Positions 19,609 to 29,688 of a stretch of DNA of 64,000 nt are shown in pieces. Below the pieces are notes generated by a model, which saw nothing but the letters and a program-made list of their open reading frames with translations, ran no database searches and was not told the origin of the DNA. Source of the DNA: an uncultured Candidatus Saccharibacteria bacterium (GTDB lineage: Bacteria; Patescibacteriota; Saccharimonadia; Saccharimonadales; Saccharimonadaceae); the NCBI GenBank assembly GCA_963530345.1, contig CAUSBR010000001.1:104053-168052 (forward strand), given 5' to 3'. Within the stretch, counting starts at the first letter, position 1. Every line of letters begins with the position of its first letter. Made by a program: the position numbers and the translations under genes.

Positions 19609-22600
19609 TTAACGCACTTCATATCTTACATCCTCAATAATTTCTCCGTTATCATCTAAATAGCAGATACCCTGAACCTCTAAGCGCTGCTTCGCATAAT
19701 TGCCATTATTGTGATAAAGTTTTTCACCCAGCACTGACCATATAATAGTTAAACTTTTTCTCTCGAGTTCTTCTATAAATGTATTCTTGTTTACTAATAA
19801 AGAATCTGAACTTAAGCATTCATCCAGATCGGGATTAAACATGCATATGTTTTTGTCTTTTGATTTATATACTCCTACGTTATTGGTATCTTGTATGCTT
19901 AATAACTTTCTTATGACTAAATTTGGACTATAAATTCTGATGCCTGTATTTCTAAGAGCTCGGTCTTCTTCAAAGCTACTGCCAGAATATTGAATAACAG
20001 GTTGTATAACTTTGAAGGGTGCTTGTTCGTCGGGAGTTATCCATCCATCGCTTGGCTCATAGATTGCTATAGTATCTTGATATGCAGAACTATTAGGGAA
20101 CTCTGAAAGAAATACCGAACGGCTATGGTCAGTGGGCTGTGGCAGTGTATCATTATAGAACCTTTTGCCTTTACTCCATCTCATAATTGTTTGTAAGTCT
20201 TTTTTATAAACAACATATCCTTGGGTGCGGATCCATAGTTCGCGATATCTTCTGTCGTCTTCATCTTCTGGGCTTTCTCTCTCACTCTTCCAAATCGCCC
20301 AGCTCAAGAGTGTAATAAAAGTCTTGTTGCTATGTTTGCTTTCTATTATAGTTTTTGGTCTTGGTATGTCTTCGGATGAAAATTGCCAGTTTTCTGTTCT
20401 CCATGCACTGTATGAAGGTTTCCACCAGATATCCTTTTCGTCGTCATTTTTGTTCGTGAATTTTTCCAATAGTAATGGATCGACGGTAGGGTCTAAATCT
20501 CTTGCGGATGTTTGGTAGGCACTTTTGAAAGTTGCAGGAGTATCGTCCAGCCAACGATCCTGAACATAGTAATAATTGGATCCTATCATTGCCAAGAATT
20601 CGTACAAGGCTATCCATTGGTATTTTTTACCTATACGCTCAACACTACTATTTTGGAGGCGATCAAAACTACCACGATCTCTATCATATTCTTCATGAAG
20701 CTCTGGACTCCATCCAAGCTTTATAACTCTGTCCATTATCCATCTACGCGCTATATTAATATCATAATCTTCGAAAGCTTTAGTAAAAGTTTTTTCACCG
20801 ACGACATAAAGCTTATATTTTTTATACTCACGTTTCTTAGAAGATGATAGCGATTTTTCAAAGTCATTTAATGCCCGTGACACCTCGTCATCTGATATTT
20901 TTTGCTTGATAGCAGTAGATTTAATGAGATTAAAACTGAGCCGATTACTTAATTTCTTGGAGTCATATTCTTCTAACAGCTTCTTCTGTTTTTTAGAAAG
21001 TGATTTCATGAATCTGTTGAAGTCTTTTCTAGAGGTGTTGGGGCTTAACAAATTTTTGGACAGGGGAATGTTCGTAAACTCACTTAAATAAAAATTTACC
21101 GTGTAGTTGCCAAAATCCGCTAAGGCAGCTCCACCTTCGCCATACATGAGTGATCTCCATATCAAGCAGTAATTGTTATTATCATATTCTCTTCTAAGAC
21201 TATCTATGTCTGGTATATCATTTGGAAACTTATAGTATGTGAATGGAGGCTTAATTTTATTAAGGTCTACGTGAATATTATTCTTGTATTTTCGAATATA
21301 TAGTTCAATTAGTCCTTTCGCATAGTCATCCAATAATGCGTCTGGTCTGCGACTTTTGTTTAGGAAGTGGTTTTTATAAATCCATAAAACTAATGACTGA
21401 AATCCAGCCTTATCATGTGGATTTAACGAAACAACGCCATATGTTGCGGCAAATAACCTCTCGACTATATAGGGATCGTCAACATTAATAAATATCTCTA
21501 GTAATTTTACTAGGACGTCTTGGTGATACCTAAATAGCTGGATTAATGCTCTTGTTGATCGATCGCGTAGGTTATTTTCCGTTGATGATAGAGTCCAGGC
21601 TAGGGCTATGCCGGTCAGCAGTATCGCCTTTTGGTCGCTGATGTCCCTTGGTAGCCTACTAATGCTCCAAGATTGGATCCTTGATATGGCATTACCTTGT
21701 TCGCTGGTAGCGTTAAGTATGTATTGCTGAAACCACGAATCTCTTTCTGCTAAATTAGTTCCACTCAAGATTTCATGAAGCCTCATTGCATTTAGCGGGT
21801 GATTGGGAACCACGGAGACGTCAAATAAGCAATCCATTACTTCATATAGGTCGTATATCGAATCATTCATATATGTACTTATATACTTTCTAATCTGAGA
21901 TTCATCGATATAGGAAGCCTTGCCTGTTTTCTTGTCAAAACCATCAAGTTCAACATTGCGCCATTTTATACTATTAAGGAACGCAGTCTTTATTCTATAA
22001 TCATCTCTGTATTTCTCTGGAATTACCCACACAAACTCAGCCTTATCTTTCTTACACCGTTCCGGTATTTCTATTGATAGCGCCTCTAATAATCCAGTGT
22101 TGTATATATTTTCATCCAAAAACTTTCCGTCTGCAAAAAATCTCTGAGCGCTTACTTCAGAGTTAATTTTATTCTCAGTGAGCAGGGAACGTACGATTAA
22201 GTGATCGCTAAAACGGTTGTAGGTAAATTTATATTTGTATTCAATTCTTTTGCTATTTTTTCCGTATCTTGGATACTTTAATAACAGACCATATTTTTCC
22301 ATCAATTTTAAGAGTTCTGATGCGTGACTAGATACTTTAGGGTCAGCCTTAATGATTTTTAATATATTATAGCGTGATATGACTGAGGTTCTGTTTTGCC
22401 CCATCCATTTACCAACTTCCTTTATCACATGTTTCCATAAATATTCTTTGCCTATTTTTATATTTAATTCTTTTGCTATCTTTTTTGACTGGACTTTTAC
22501 ATATTGCTCAAAGACATGTGTGGCACCCTTACCCTTAAATGTCTTATTTGTTTCACCTTCATAGGCTTCACAAAATATCATTAAAAACAACGGATTCCTG

Positions 22601-23607
22601 AATTCTGGATTAATAATTGGGATTTCTGGCATTTTCATCTTATAATGTTTGAAAAATGTAGATATGGCGTCCCACTCCATTTCTGAAAATCCAAAATGCT
22701 CTACTGTGCTATATTTTCTTCTGTTTGGTATTATTTTTTCATAACCATTGCGAACACTAATAACTAAAGACAGCCCCTTAATGTTAAAAAGTTCTGAGAG
22801 CTGTGACCATTTTATAGCATCCGCCTCGTTGATGGCGTCTATAATCAAACAAACTCTCTCGGGTGAGGAATTAGCTAGAGACCTCAAGTCCTTTAGAAAA
22901 CCTGCGCTAGTTGTGTAACCCATTAATTTCGCCATACACACTACGGGGTTTGTGTCTTCTATGCTTGCAAGCTCATCTGATAGAAAAATTAAGGTAGGTT
23001 TTCCAGAGTTAATTCGACTGTTGGCATAGTCGCAAAGTAAGTGGGTTTTTCCAATGCCAGCTTCGCCTTTTAGAATCATCCGTGGCGTAGAGAATAGATC
23101 TACTTTGACTCCATCATTGATAAAATCCAGCAAGCTCCTCAGTGCCACATAAAGTGACCATATAGGACCTGTATCAATGCTAGTTTTTGCCCACTCTTCC
23201 TTCTCTTGACGCTCTTTATCTTGGAGATCTCTGAAAAACCAATAAAGATCATTAGATAATTTTATGGCGATTTTTAGCTTATTAGTTAATATACTCCATG
23301 ATATATTTTCGTTCTTTGATTTAGTTTTTAAGCTTAGTAATTTATCAATAACTGATTTTACATTTTTGTGTAGCTGTTTTAATTCTTCCGTTTTGTCTGG
23401 GTGATCAGTTCTAAAAAATAATAATTCTTTTTTCGCCTTATAAGTTAACTTAAATAGCTCAGCGAGGTACTCAGGTTCTCGATTTAGGGCTTGAAGGTTT
23501 CTTTTTATATTCTTGATTTCTAAATTAATATCACGATTGTATCGTAAACCAGCGCTGTTGTTGGCTCGTTTTAATCTTTCTTTTTGTGCTTGATTATCTA
23601 GTTTCAT
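19609..23607 (-). CDS. STAND NTPase, Avs (AVAST)-like anti-phage sensor with no recognisable N-terminal effector
   Basis: Walker A GEAGIGKTHLL, Walker B LIIDAINE, NPLFL and ERIGKKYQWIA motifs; 1332 aa; visibly AT-rich compared with its flanks. Confidence 0.75.
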   Translation of the reverse strand: MKLDNQAQKERLKRANNSAGLRYNRDINLEIKNIKRNLQALNREPEYLAELFKLTYKAKKELLFFRTDHPDKTEELKQLHKNVKSVIDKLLSLKTKSKNENISWSILTNKLKIAIKLSNDLYWFFRDLQDKERQEKEEWAKTSIDTGPIWSLYVALRSLLDFINDGVKVDLFSTPRMILKGEAGIGKTHLLCDYANSRINSGKPTLIFLSDELASIEDTNPVVCMAKLMGYTTSAGFLKDLRSLANSSPERVCLIIDAINEADAIKWSQLSELFNIKGLSLVISVRNGYEKIIPNRRKYSTVEHFGFSEMEWDAISTFFKHYKMKMPEIPIINPEFRNPLFLMIFCEAYEGETNKTFKGKGATHVFEQYVKVQSKKIAKELNIKIGKEYLWKHVIKEVGKWMGQNRTSVISRYNILKIIKADPKVSSHASELLKLMEKYGLLLKYPRYGKNSKRIEYKYKFTYNRFSDHLIVRSLLTENKINSEVSAQRFFADGKFLDENIYNTGLLEALSIEIPERCKKDKAEFVWVIPEKYRDDYRIKTAFLNSIKWRNVELDGFDKKTGKASYIDESQIRKYISTYMNDSIYDLYEVMDCLFDVSVVPNHPLNAMRLHEILSGTNLAERDSWFQQYILNATSEQGNAISRIQSWSISRLPRDISDQKAILLTGIALAWTLSSTENNLRDRSTRALIQLFRYHQDVLVKLLEIFINVDDPYIVERLFAATYGVVSLNPHDKAGFQSLVLWIYKNHFLNKSRRPDALLDDYAKGLIELYIRKYKNNIHVDLNKIKPPFTYYKFPNDIPDIDSLRREYDNNNYCLIWRSLMYGEGGAALADFGNYTVNFYLSEFTNIPLSKNLLSPNTSRKDFNRFMKSLSKKQKKLLEEYDSKKLSNRLSFNLIKSTAIKQKISDDEVSRALNDFEKSLSSSKKREYKKYKLYVVGEKTFTKAFEDYDINIARRWIMDRVIKLGWSPELHEEYDRDRGSFDRLQNSSVERIGKKYQWIALYEFLAMIGSNYYYVQDRWLDDTPATFKSAYQTSARDLDPTVDPLLLEKFTNKNDDEKDIWWKPSYSAWRTENWQFSSEDIPRPKTIIESKHSNKTFITLLSWAIWKSERESPEDEDDRRYRELWIRTQGYVVYKKDLQTIMRWSKGKRFYNDTLPQPTDHSRSVFLSEFPNSSAYQDTIAIYEPSDGWITPDEQAPFKVIQPVIQYSGSSFEEDRALRNTGIRIYSPNLVIRKLLSIQDTNNVGVYKSKDKNICMFNPDLDECLSSDSLLVNKNTFIEELERKSLTIIWSVLGEKLYHNNGNYAKQRLEVQGICYLDDNGEIIEDVRYEVR

Positions 23608-23725
23608 AGTTTAGTATTGCTACTTGATGATTTACGGGTAAGACCTATCTTAATTATAAGACAATAATTTGTCTATAGATTTTTATATACTTAGTCGTGA
23701 TACGTTTGCTCCTAGAACAATTAAA

Positions 23726-24190
23726 TCACGAGCCCCGCCGCAAAATATCCAAAACCCCAAACTTCCCGGTCAACACGGCTTGGTCAATAATGTGCGGTGT
23801 GAGGGCGGCGATGAGCTCTTTTGGTTTAGTGTCGCTTGGTAAATCCAGCGTCGTGTCGAGCGCGTACACGTAAAATTGATAGCGGTGCGTACCAAACGGC
23901 GGCTGCGGCCCGCCCCAGCCAGGCCGGCCCCAGCTGGTAACACCTTCGACAGCGCCCGCGGGTAGCGATTCGCCAGTTATTTCAGTAGTTTCGGCCGGCA
24001 AACTCCAAACCATCCAATGGTAAAATCCATCGCGCCCAGGCGCGTCAGGGTCGTGGCAGACAACTACCAGACTTTTGGCGTCTATCGGCACATCGCTGAT
24101 CTCGAGCGGCGGGCGTTGATTACCGCCGAACTTGGAGTAAATTTTTGGTATTTTAGCGTTTTCGGTGAACGCAGGGCTAGATATCTTCAT
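23726..24190 (-). CDS. YbhB/YbcL (PEBP/Raf kinase inhibitor-like) protein
   Basis: HDPDAP, FYHW, GPQPPFGTHRYQFYVYALD. Confidence 0.92.
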   Translation of the reverse strand: MKISSPAFTENAKIPKIYSKFGGNQRPPLEISDVPIDAKSLVVVCHDPDAPGRDGFYHWMVWSLPAETTEITGESLPAGAVEGVTSWGRPGWGGPQPPFGTHRYQFYVYALDTTLDLPSDTKPKELIAALTPHIIDQAVLTGKFGVLDILRRGS

Positions 24191-24356
24191 AATTTAATTC
24201 TACCATGCCAGTGTCGTCAGGTGTGAGCCGCGGTAAAATACGAAACCTTAAACACAGTAGCTTGCCGAAGCAAAACAGTTTTCGATCAGTTTTATCGATA
24301 GCTGGCTTACCGAACAACCTCTGGAGAGCCACTGGTCTATATGCTAAAATAAACAT

Positions 24357-24509
24357 GTGAGATATGCTTTTGTTTTCGTGAGTATAGTGGCTATTTGGCT
24401 GGCTATGCTGCTGTTGGTAAATACGAGCATTGATCCGTTATTTTTGTATATTTGCGTGTTAGTTTTGACGCTGGTGTTGTATTTCATTGGGTTTCGGAGG
24501 GCTAGGTAA
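24357..24509 (+). CDS. Unannotated 50-aa two-TM microprotein (MRYAFVFVSIVAIWLAMLLLVNTSIDPLFLYICVLVLTLVLYFIGFRRAR)
   Basis: GTG lies 6 nt after TGcTAAAAT; its TAA abuts the next GTG; two hydrophobic stretches; similar to 25958..26146. Confidence 0.75.
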   Translation: MRYAFVFVSIVAIWLAMLLLVNTSIDPLFLYICVLVLTLVLYFIGFRRAR

Positions 24510-25961
24510 GTGCGCTTGTTATTTGTGGTTCGGGCGTTGTTTCGGGTGTGGCGTGCTTGGCGCAGCGATCAAATATGGCTTAAAGTTTTATCAGACGAGT
24601 GTCAAAATTTAGGCGGCGTGTATGTCAAGTTTTTACAGCATTTGGCGTCGACTGAACTAATGGCTCAGGTGTATGCTAACTCTGGATATCGGCTGGATGC
24701 TTTTGATGATGTGGCGGTTGAGCCAATTGACGTTGCCGAGGTTTTGCGGCAAGAGCTGGGAGTCAAGGCTAGTCAAATAGTTGTCGAGGGAAACCAGCCG
24801 TTCGCTACGGGTTCATTCGCCCAGGTTTATCGCTGCCGCGTAGCTGACCGTCCAGGTAGCCGGTATATCATCAAGGTCCTTCGCCCCAGCGTGGTGCGCT
24901 ATCTGAATTTTGACTTTGTGGCGCTGCGTTTTTGCTGTTGGGCGGGGCAGTTTATGCTAAAGAACGATATTTTTCCGTTGGTTGAGATTGCTGATGAGTT
25001 TATCAAAACCACCAAGCGTGAAACCGATTATCAGCGCGAGTTAATTACAGCTCAGGCAATTCGTGAATATTTTACTAAACGCACCGACAGAGTTGTGGTG
25101 CCAGAGACGCTGGCTGATTATTCAACGCCGCGGATATTGGTTCAGGACTATATAGACGGCTTGCCGCTAACCAAAGTGGTGGAACAAGCGCAGGCGGGGC
25201 GCGACACCTACCAGTTTGTCAAAGACCAACTTGGCTCTGACATGCAGCAGCAATTAGTGACGGTCGGCAGTGAGTTTTTAATCGCAATTTTACAAGCAGA
25301 TATCATTATGGCCGATCCGCATCCAGGTAATATTTATTTGCTGAGAGACAATAAAGTTGCGTTGATCGACTTTGGTTTGGCGATGGCAGCACCGCGGCAT
25401 CGCGCCTCGTTTTATCATATGATCGTGCAGTATCGAGCGCTGTATGAAGATCGAGCTGACATGGGTTTATTGGCACTGGCGATGTTGGCGTTTTATGATC
25501 ATACGCTGTATCAAGCGCTGGATGTGATCGCCAAAGATCGCAGCTTGACACGCACTATTTATGAATATGCGAACACGCTGCTTCAATCGACAACCAGCAC
25601 GTTTGCTGCCAATCGGCAAATAACCCAATTATTCCTCAATGAAATTAACGCTGGTAATCGTTTTGCTGTCAGGTTAGATAGCGTTGATATCATGTTGCAG
25701 CGCGGTTTGTATCATTATCTAGCAGCAGCGAGGTTGGCGTGCGGCGATGAATATCGAAAGACACATTATTGGCGGATTGTCCACGACGCCCTGGAATTGG
25801 CCGAGGTTCACGCTAATATCTATGGAATCAGCGAGGCGGTGCGTTCGTCGCCGATGAGTATTGAGCTGGCGCAAGAAATAGTGATGGACTGGATGAGCAA
25901 GGTTGCGGAGCGTGACAGAGCCGCCTACGCCATGTTGTTACAAAAAGGAGAATTATCATGA
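24510..25961 (+). CDS. ABC1/UbiB/AarF-family atypical protein kinase
   Basis: LGGVYVKFLQ (KxGQ-like), ATGSFAQVY, IIKVLRP, ADPHPGN, LIDFG. Confidence 0.88.
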   Translation: MRLLFVVRALFRVWRAWRSDQIWLKVLSDECQNLGGVYVKFLQHLASTELMAQVYANSGYRLDAFDDVAVEPIDVAEVLRQELGVKASQIVVEGNQPFATGSFAQVYRCRVADRPGSRYIIKVLRPSVVRYLNFDFVALRFCCWAGQFMLKNDIFPLVEIADEFIKTTKRETDYQRELITAQAIREYFTKRTDRVVVPETLADYSTPRILVQDYIDGLPLTKVVEQAQAGRDTYQFVKDQLGSDMQQQLVTVGSEFLIAILQADIIMADPHPGNIYLLRDNKVALIDFGLAMAAPRHRASFYHMIVQYRALYEDRADMGLLALAMLAFYDHTLYQALDVIAKDRSLTRTIYEYANTLLQSTTSTFAANRQITQLFLNEINAGNRFAVRLDSVDIMLQRGLYHYLAAARLACGDEYRKTHYWRIVHDALELAEVHANIYGISEAVRSSPMSIELAQEIVMDWMSKVAERDRAAYAMLLQKGELS

Positions 25962-26146
25962 AGCAATTACAACAATGGGTGATGCAAGTTCGCTATCCGT
26001 ATGCCGCGGGAATCATCGCCGTGATGTGGATTGGCACGGCGTTTTTCGCTTACCTGAAACCCGACGTCCCGCTTGAATTTTTGGTTGGAAGCCTCGCTGT
26101 TAGTACCATCATCATTGCTATTACCGGGCTGTCGGAGGCTCGCTGA
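25958..26146 (+). CDS. 62-aa two-TM microprotein
   Basis: AAGGAG RBS, ATGA overlap with the kinase stop, two hydrophobic helices. Confidence 0.75.
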   Translation: MKQLQQWVMQVRYPYAAGIIAVMWIGTAFFAYLKPDVPLEFLVGSLAVSTIIIAITGLSEAR

Positions 26147-26213
26147 ATTTTACAGTGAAATAAGCAATTTTTATACGCCTTACTAATGTACATCATTTAC
26201 AATAAGAATCCGC

Positions 26214-26933
26214 ATGAGATCTAAAACCGCTGCTCAAAAAATACTAGAATTTTACGACAGTCTGAAAAATATTGACATAAATTTGCCGGAAAAATATCGC
26301 CTAATCAATCCGTTTACTAACGACGATTGGCAGCGAATAGCACAAATAACGCATCGGTTTTATCGTCAGTACTATCATGATAATAAGCGGCGGTTTATGA
26401 TTTTGGGCAGCTCGCCAGCGCGCCGCGGGACAGCACTTACTGGCGTGCCGTTTGAAGACGTTAATCATTTACAAAAAGACACCGGGATTTCTATAGATGC
26501 TTTTGGAGCGAACAAACGCTCGTCAAGTTTCTTATATGAAGTAATGGAAGAATACGGTGGGCGCCAGAATTTTTATAAACAATTTTACATGAGTTTTGTG
26601 TGTCCGCTAGGTATTGAAAAGATAAATTTGAAAGGTAATTGGGCAAATTGTAACTACTATGAAAATGCAGCTCTAAAAAAATGTTTACATCCTTTTATCG
26701 TAGATTCGCTGAGGCGCCAGATTGATTTTAATATTGATACATCCGTTTGCTTTTGCATCGGCAGTGGTGAGAATTTTAAGTTTTTGACCAATATAAATAA
26801 TAAGCATCGTTTCTTTGATACTATCGTGCCGCTGGAGCATCCGCGGTTTATTATGCAGTATAATGCGGATCGCAAAGAAGAGTTTATGCAAAAGTATGTA
26901 AATATTTTCAGACAATACGGTATGGGGAAATAA
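26214..26933 (+). CDS. Uracil-DNA glycosylase superfamily protein (SMUG2/DUF4918-like)
   Basis: ILGSSPARRGTALTGVPF, NCNYYE, PLEHPRFIMQY; AT-rich. Confidence 0.8.
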   Translation: MRSKTAAQKILEFYDSLKNIDINLPEKYRLINPFTNDDWQRIAQITHRFYRQYYHDNKRRFMILGSSPARRGTALTGVPFEDVNHLQKDTGISIDAFGANKRSSSFLYEVMEEYGGRQNFYKQFYMSFVCPLGIEKINLKGNWANCNYYENAALKKCLHPFIVDSLRRQIDFNIDTSVCFCIGSGENFKFLTNINNKHRFFDTIVPLEHPRFIMQYNADRKEEFMQKYVNIFRQYGMGK

Positions 26934-26975
26934 TAGCGAACGACATTAATCCAATAATTGCGATATAATTTAATA

Positions 26976-27596
26976 ATGATCACCGATCAACTCCTCGCCA
27001 AATACCCCATCATCTCCGACCAAGTTGACGCCAAAGAACTCGGCGTCTTGCTGCGGGAGCTGGAAAAGGTACTGCAAGGCGGTGCGGCGGGAAACATCGT
27101 CGAGTTTGGCTGTTACGTCGGCACGACTAGTTTGTTTATTCGGCGGCTGCTGGACGCCTATGATTTCACGGGCGAGTTTCACATTTATGATTCGTTTATG
27201 GGCTTGCCAGAAAAAACCCAAGCAGACGTTAGCGCTGCGGGCGAGCAGTTCAAGGCTGGTGAACTCTTGGCGCCACGTAAAACCTTCATCCAGAATTTCA
27301 AAAAGGCTGGCTTAAAACTACCAACTATTCACAAGGGCTGGTTTGCTGATTTCACCCCTGACGACGTACCGGAAAGTATCATCTTTGCGTTTTTTGACGG
27401 CGATTTTTATGAGTCAATTGCCGATTCATTCCGCGTGTGCGGCGACAAATTTCAGAAAACGGCGACTATCATCGTTGATGACTATGCCAATGAAGCTTTG
27501 CCAGGCGCCGCGCGAGCGGTTGATAAGTGGCTGGCGAATGATCGTCAATATACGTCGAGAACGGAGTCTAGTCTGGCAATTATTCACATCCTTTAG
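26976..27596 (+). CDS. TylF/MycF-family SAM-dependent O-methyltransferase
   Basis: IVEFGCYVG, YDSFMGLP, HKGWF, FFDGDFYES, VDDY; ATG lies 6 nt after TATAAT. Confidence 0.85.
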   Translation: MITDQLLAKYPIISDQVDAKELGVLLRELEKVLQGGAAGNIVEFGCYVGTTSLFIRRLLDAYDFTGEFHIYDSFMGLPEKTQADVSAAGEQFKAGELLAPRKTFIQNFKKAGLKLPTIHKGWFADFTPDDVPESIIFAFFDGDFYESIADSFRVCGDKFQKTATIIVDDYANEALPGAARAVDKWLANDRQYTSRTESSLAIIHIL

Positions 27597-27616
27597 TACT
27601 GTTTTCTTAAAGAAGC

Positions 27617-27660
27617 TTGACTTTTTATAGTACCTTGTATAACATAGTACTATGTATAAT
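27617..27660 (+). promoter_or_regulatory. Promoter with a candidate PadR operator
   Basis: Tandem 17-mers ATAGTACCTTGTATAAC/ATAGTACTATGTATAAT containing the perfect palindrome ACATAGTACTATGT (27642-27655). Confidence 0.65.
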
Positions 27661-27680
27661 GAAAATACAAGGAGTATAGC

Positions 27681-28979
27681 ATGAGAAGAATTGATATCAT
27701 CAAGCGGGCGGGGCGGAATCTTCACCAGTCAAAAGGCCGGACGGTTTTAACGTCGTTGGCGATTTCCGTCGGGGCGTTTACGATTAGTCTGGCATTGATG
27801 GCTGGCGAGGGTGGCCGGTTATACACCAATAGTATGGTTGATGCGGCTGGCGATAAAAAAGTGATTATGGTCAATAAAAAAATCGAGTCAGAGAAGAAAG
27901 AAGAACTGCCAGAGTACAATACGTCGGAAGAGACTGGCGAAGAACAGCTGGATAAACAAAAGGTAGCGCGTCGTAGCAAGTATTCAATGAGCGATGCTGA
28001 TATTACTAAACTTCGAAAAATTTCGCATGTACAAACGGTTACTCCGGCGTATTCAACTGCCGGCGTGGCGTATGCTCAGAGTTCGGGCAATGGTAAGAAA
28101 TTTGCCTTGGAAATAGCGGTAAAGGCTGATAAAACTCGGGCGGAATTAGCGGCTGGCAAGCTGGATGATTTTATGCCAAAGCCAGGCGAGATTATTATTC
28201 CGAATGCTTATGTACAGCAGTTGGGCTTCAAAGATGCGCAGTCGGCAATTGGCCAGACGATTACCTTGGGTGTGCGCAGTGCAGCACAAGGCAGCGAAGT
28301 TGCCAAAGAGATGGCGCTAAAAATCGCGGCGGTTGACAAAGCGTCGGATACGATTTTATATTATCAACCGATGCTGCGAATCTCGACCGCCGACGCTAAG
28401 GAAATCTACGAATTTAGCCACGACAAAAGCCAGCCGAACGAGTATTCGACGGCGCTAGTGTCGGTTGATGATGAGAAAAATATCGATGCAGTGAAGGACG
28501 AAATTAGCAAAGACTACAGCGCCTATTCGATTCAGGATGTGCGCAAAACACTGCTCACCATGGTCAATGCGGCGCAAGCGGCGCTGGCGGGATTTGGCGG
28601 CTTGGCGTTGCTTGCGAGCGTGTTTGGGATTATCAACACCATGTACATTTCGGTGCTGGAGCGAACCAGCCAAATTGGGTTGATGAAGGCACTGGGAATG
28701 AGCGGCCGCGATATTGGTAAATTGTTCCGCTACGAGGCAGCGTGGGTTGGTTTGTTAGGCGGCTTGATTGGCGTTGGACTGGCAAGTTTGGTGACGCTGC
28801 TGAATCCAGTGATTGCCAGCGCGCTGAAGTTAAGCGCAGGGACGAATTTGCTGGTGATTAATCCGCTGCACATTGGTTTGCTGGTGATTGGTCTGGTGGC
28901 GATGGCGGTAATTTCTGGCTGGCTGCCGAGCCGCAAAGCAACAAAATTAGACCCGATTGAGGCGTTAAGGACGGAATAG
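27681..28979 (+). CDS. MacB/FtsX-family ABC permease
   Basis: MYISVLERTSQIGLMKALG and LDPIEALRTE. Confidence 0.9.
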   Translation: MRRIDIIKRAGRNLHQSKGRTVLTSLAISVGAFTISLALMAGEGGRLYTNSMVDAAGDKKVIMVNKKIESEKKEELPEYNTSEETGEEQLDKQKVARRSKYSMSDADITKLRKISHVQTVTPAYSTAGVAYAQSSGNGKKFALEIAVKADKTRAELAAGKLDDFMPKPGEIIIPNAYVQQLGFKDAQSAIGQTITLGVRSAAQGSEVAKEMALKIAAVDKASDTILYYQPMLRISTADAKEIYEFSHDKSQPNEYSTALVSVDDEKNIDAVKDEISKDYSAYSIQDVRKTLLTMVNAAQAALAGFGGLALLASVFGIINTMYISVLERTSQIGLMKALGMSGRDIGKLFRYEAAWVGLLGGLIGVGLASLVTLLNPVIASALKLSAGTNLLVINPLHIGLLVIGLVAMAVISGWLPSRKATKLDPIEALRTE

Positions 28980-28989
28980 GAGAAATATC

Positions 28990-29688
28990 ATGATTGAACT
29001 AAAAAATGTAACGAAGATTTACGGCAAAAAGAAAAATCAATTTACGGCGCTGAAAAACGTCAGCTTGAATATCCCGACGGGCGCGAGCGTGGCTATCCTC
29101 GGCAAATCCGGTTCTGGAAAATCGACGCTGATGCACGCGATTTCCGGGCTAGATCGGCCACAGAACGGCCAGGTGATCATCGACGGGCAAGATATATTGC
29201 AGCTGAAGCCAAAGCGCGTCGACGAGTTTCGCGCCAAGAAAATCGGCTTCATCTTCCAGAGTTTTTTTGTCCAAGGCAATGAGAGCGTGGTTGACAACGT
29301 CAGCTTGCCGCTGGAAATTGCCCGGCTGCCGCGCAAAAAGCGGGCACACAAGATCAATGCGGCGCTTAAAGCGGTGGATTTGTACGATAAGCGAAAAAAC
29401 CGCGCTAAGGACTTGTCGGGCGGGCAGAAGCAGCGCTTGGCGATTGCCCGGGCGATTGTCGGCGATCCACAAATCATCTTTGCCGACGAGCCGACAGGCA
29501 ACTTGGACAGCGAAACTGGCACCAAAGTGGAAGAATTGCTATTTGGCTATAATAAGCAAAAGGGTGTAACATTGATTGTAGTGACACACGATGCCGACCT
29601 AGCGAAAAAATGCGATTATCAGATTATAATCAAAGATGGGCGGGTCGAGAAATCGACCGTGCCAGAGGAGAAAAAGCATGGACGTTAG
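28990..29688 (+). CDS. ABC ATP-binding protein (LolD family)
   Basis: [27 protein letters not shown]. Confidence 0.92.
   Translation: MIELKNVTKIYGKKKNQFTALKNVSLNIPTGASVAILGKSGSGKSTLMHAISGLDRPQNGQVIIDGQDILQLKPKRVDEFRAKKIGFIFQSFFVQGNESVVDNVSLPLEIARLPRKKRAHKINAALKAVDLYDKRKNRAKDLSGGQKQRLAIARAIVGDPQIIFADEPTGNLDSETGTKVEELLFGYNKQKGVTLIVVTHDADLAKKCDYQIIIKDGRVEKSTVPEEKKHGR

Noticed and set aside
24200..24340. Possible ncRNA or riboswitch in the intergenic gap
   Set aside because: No recognisable conserved structure; divergent promoters explain part of the gap
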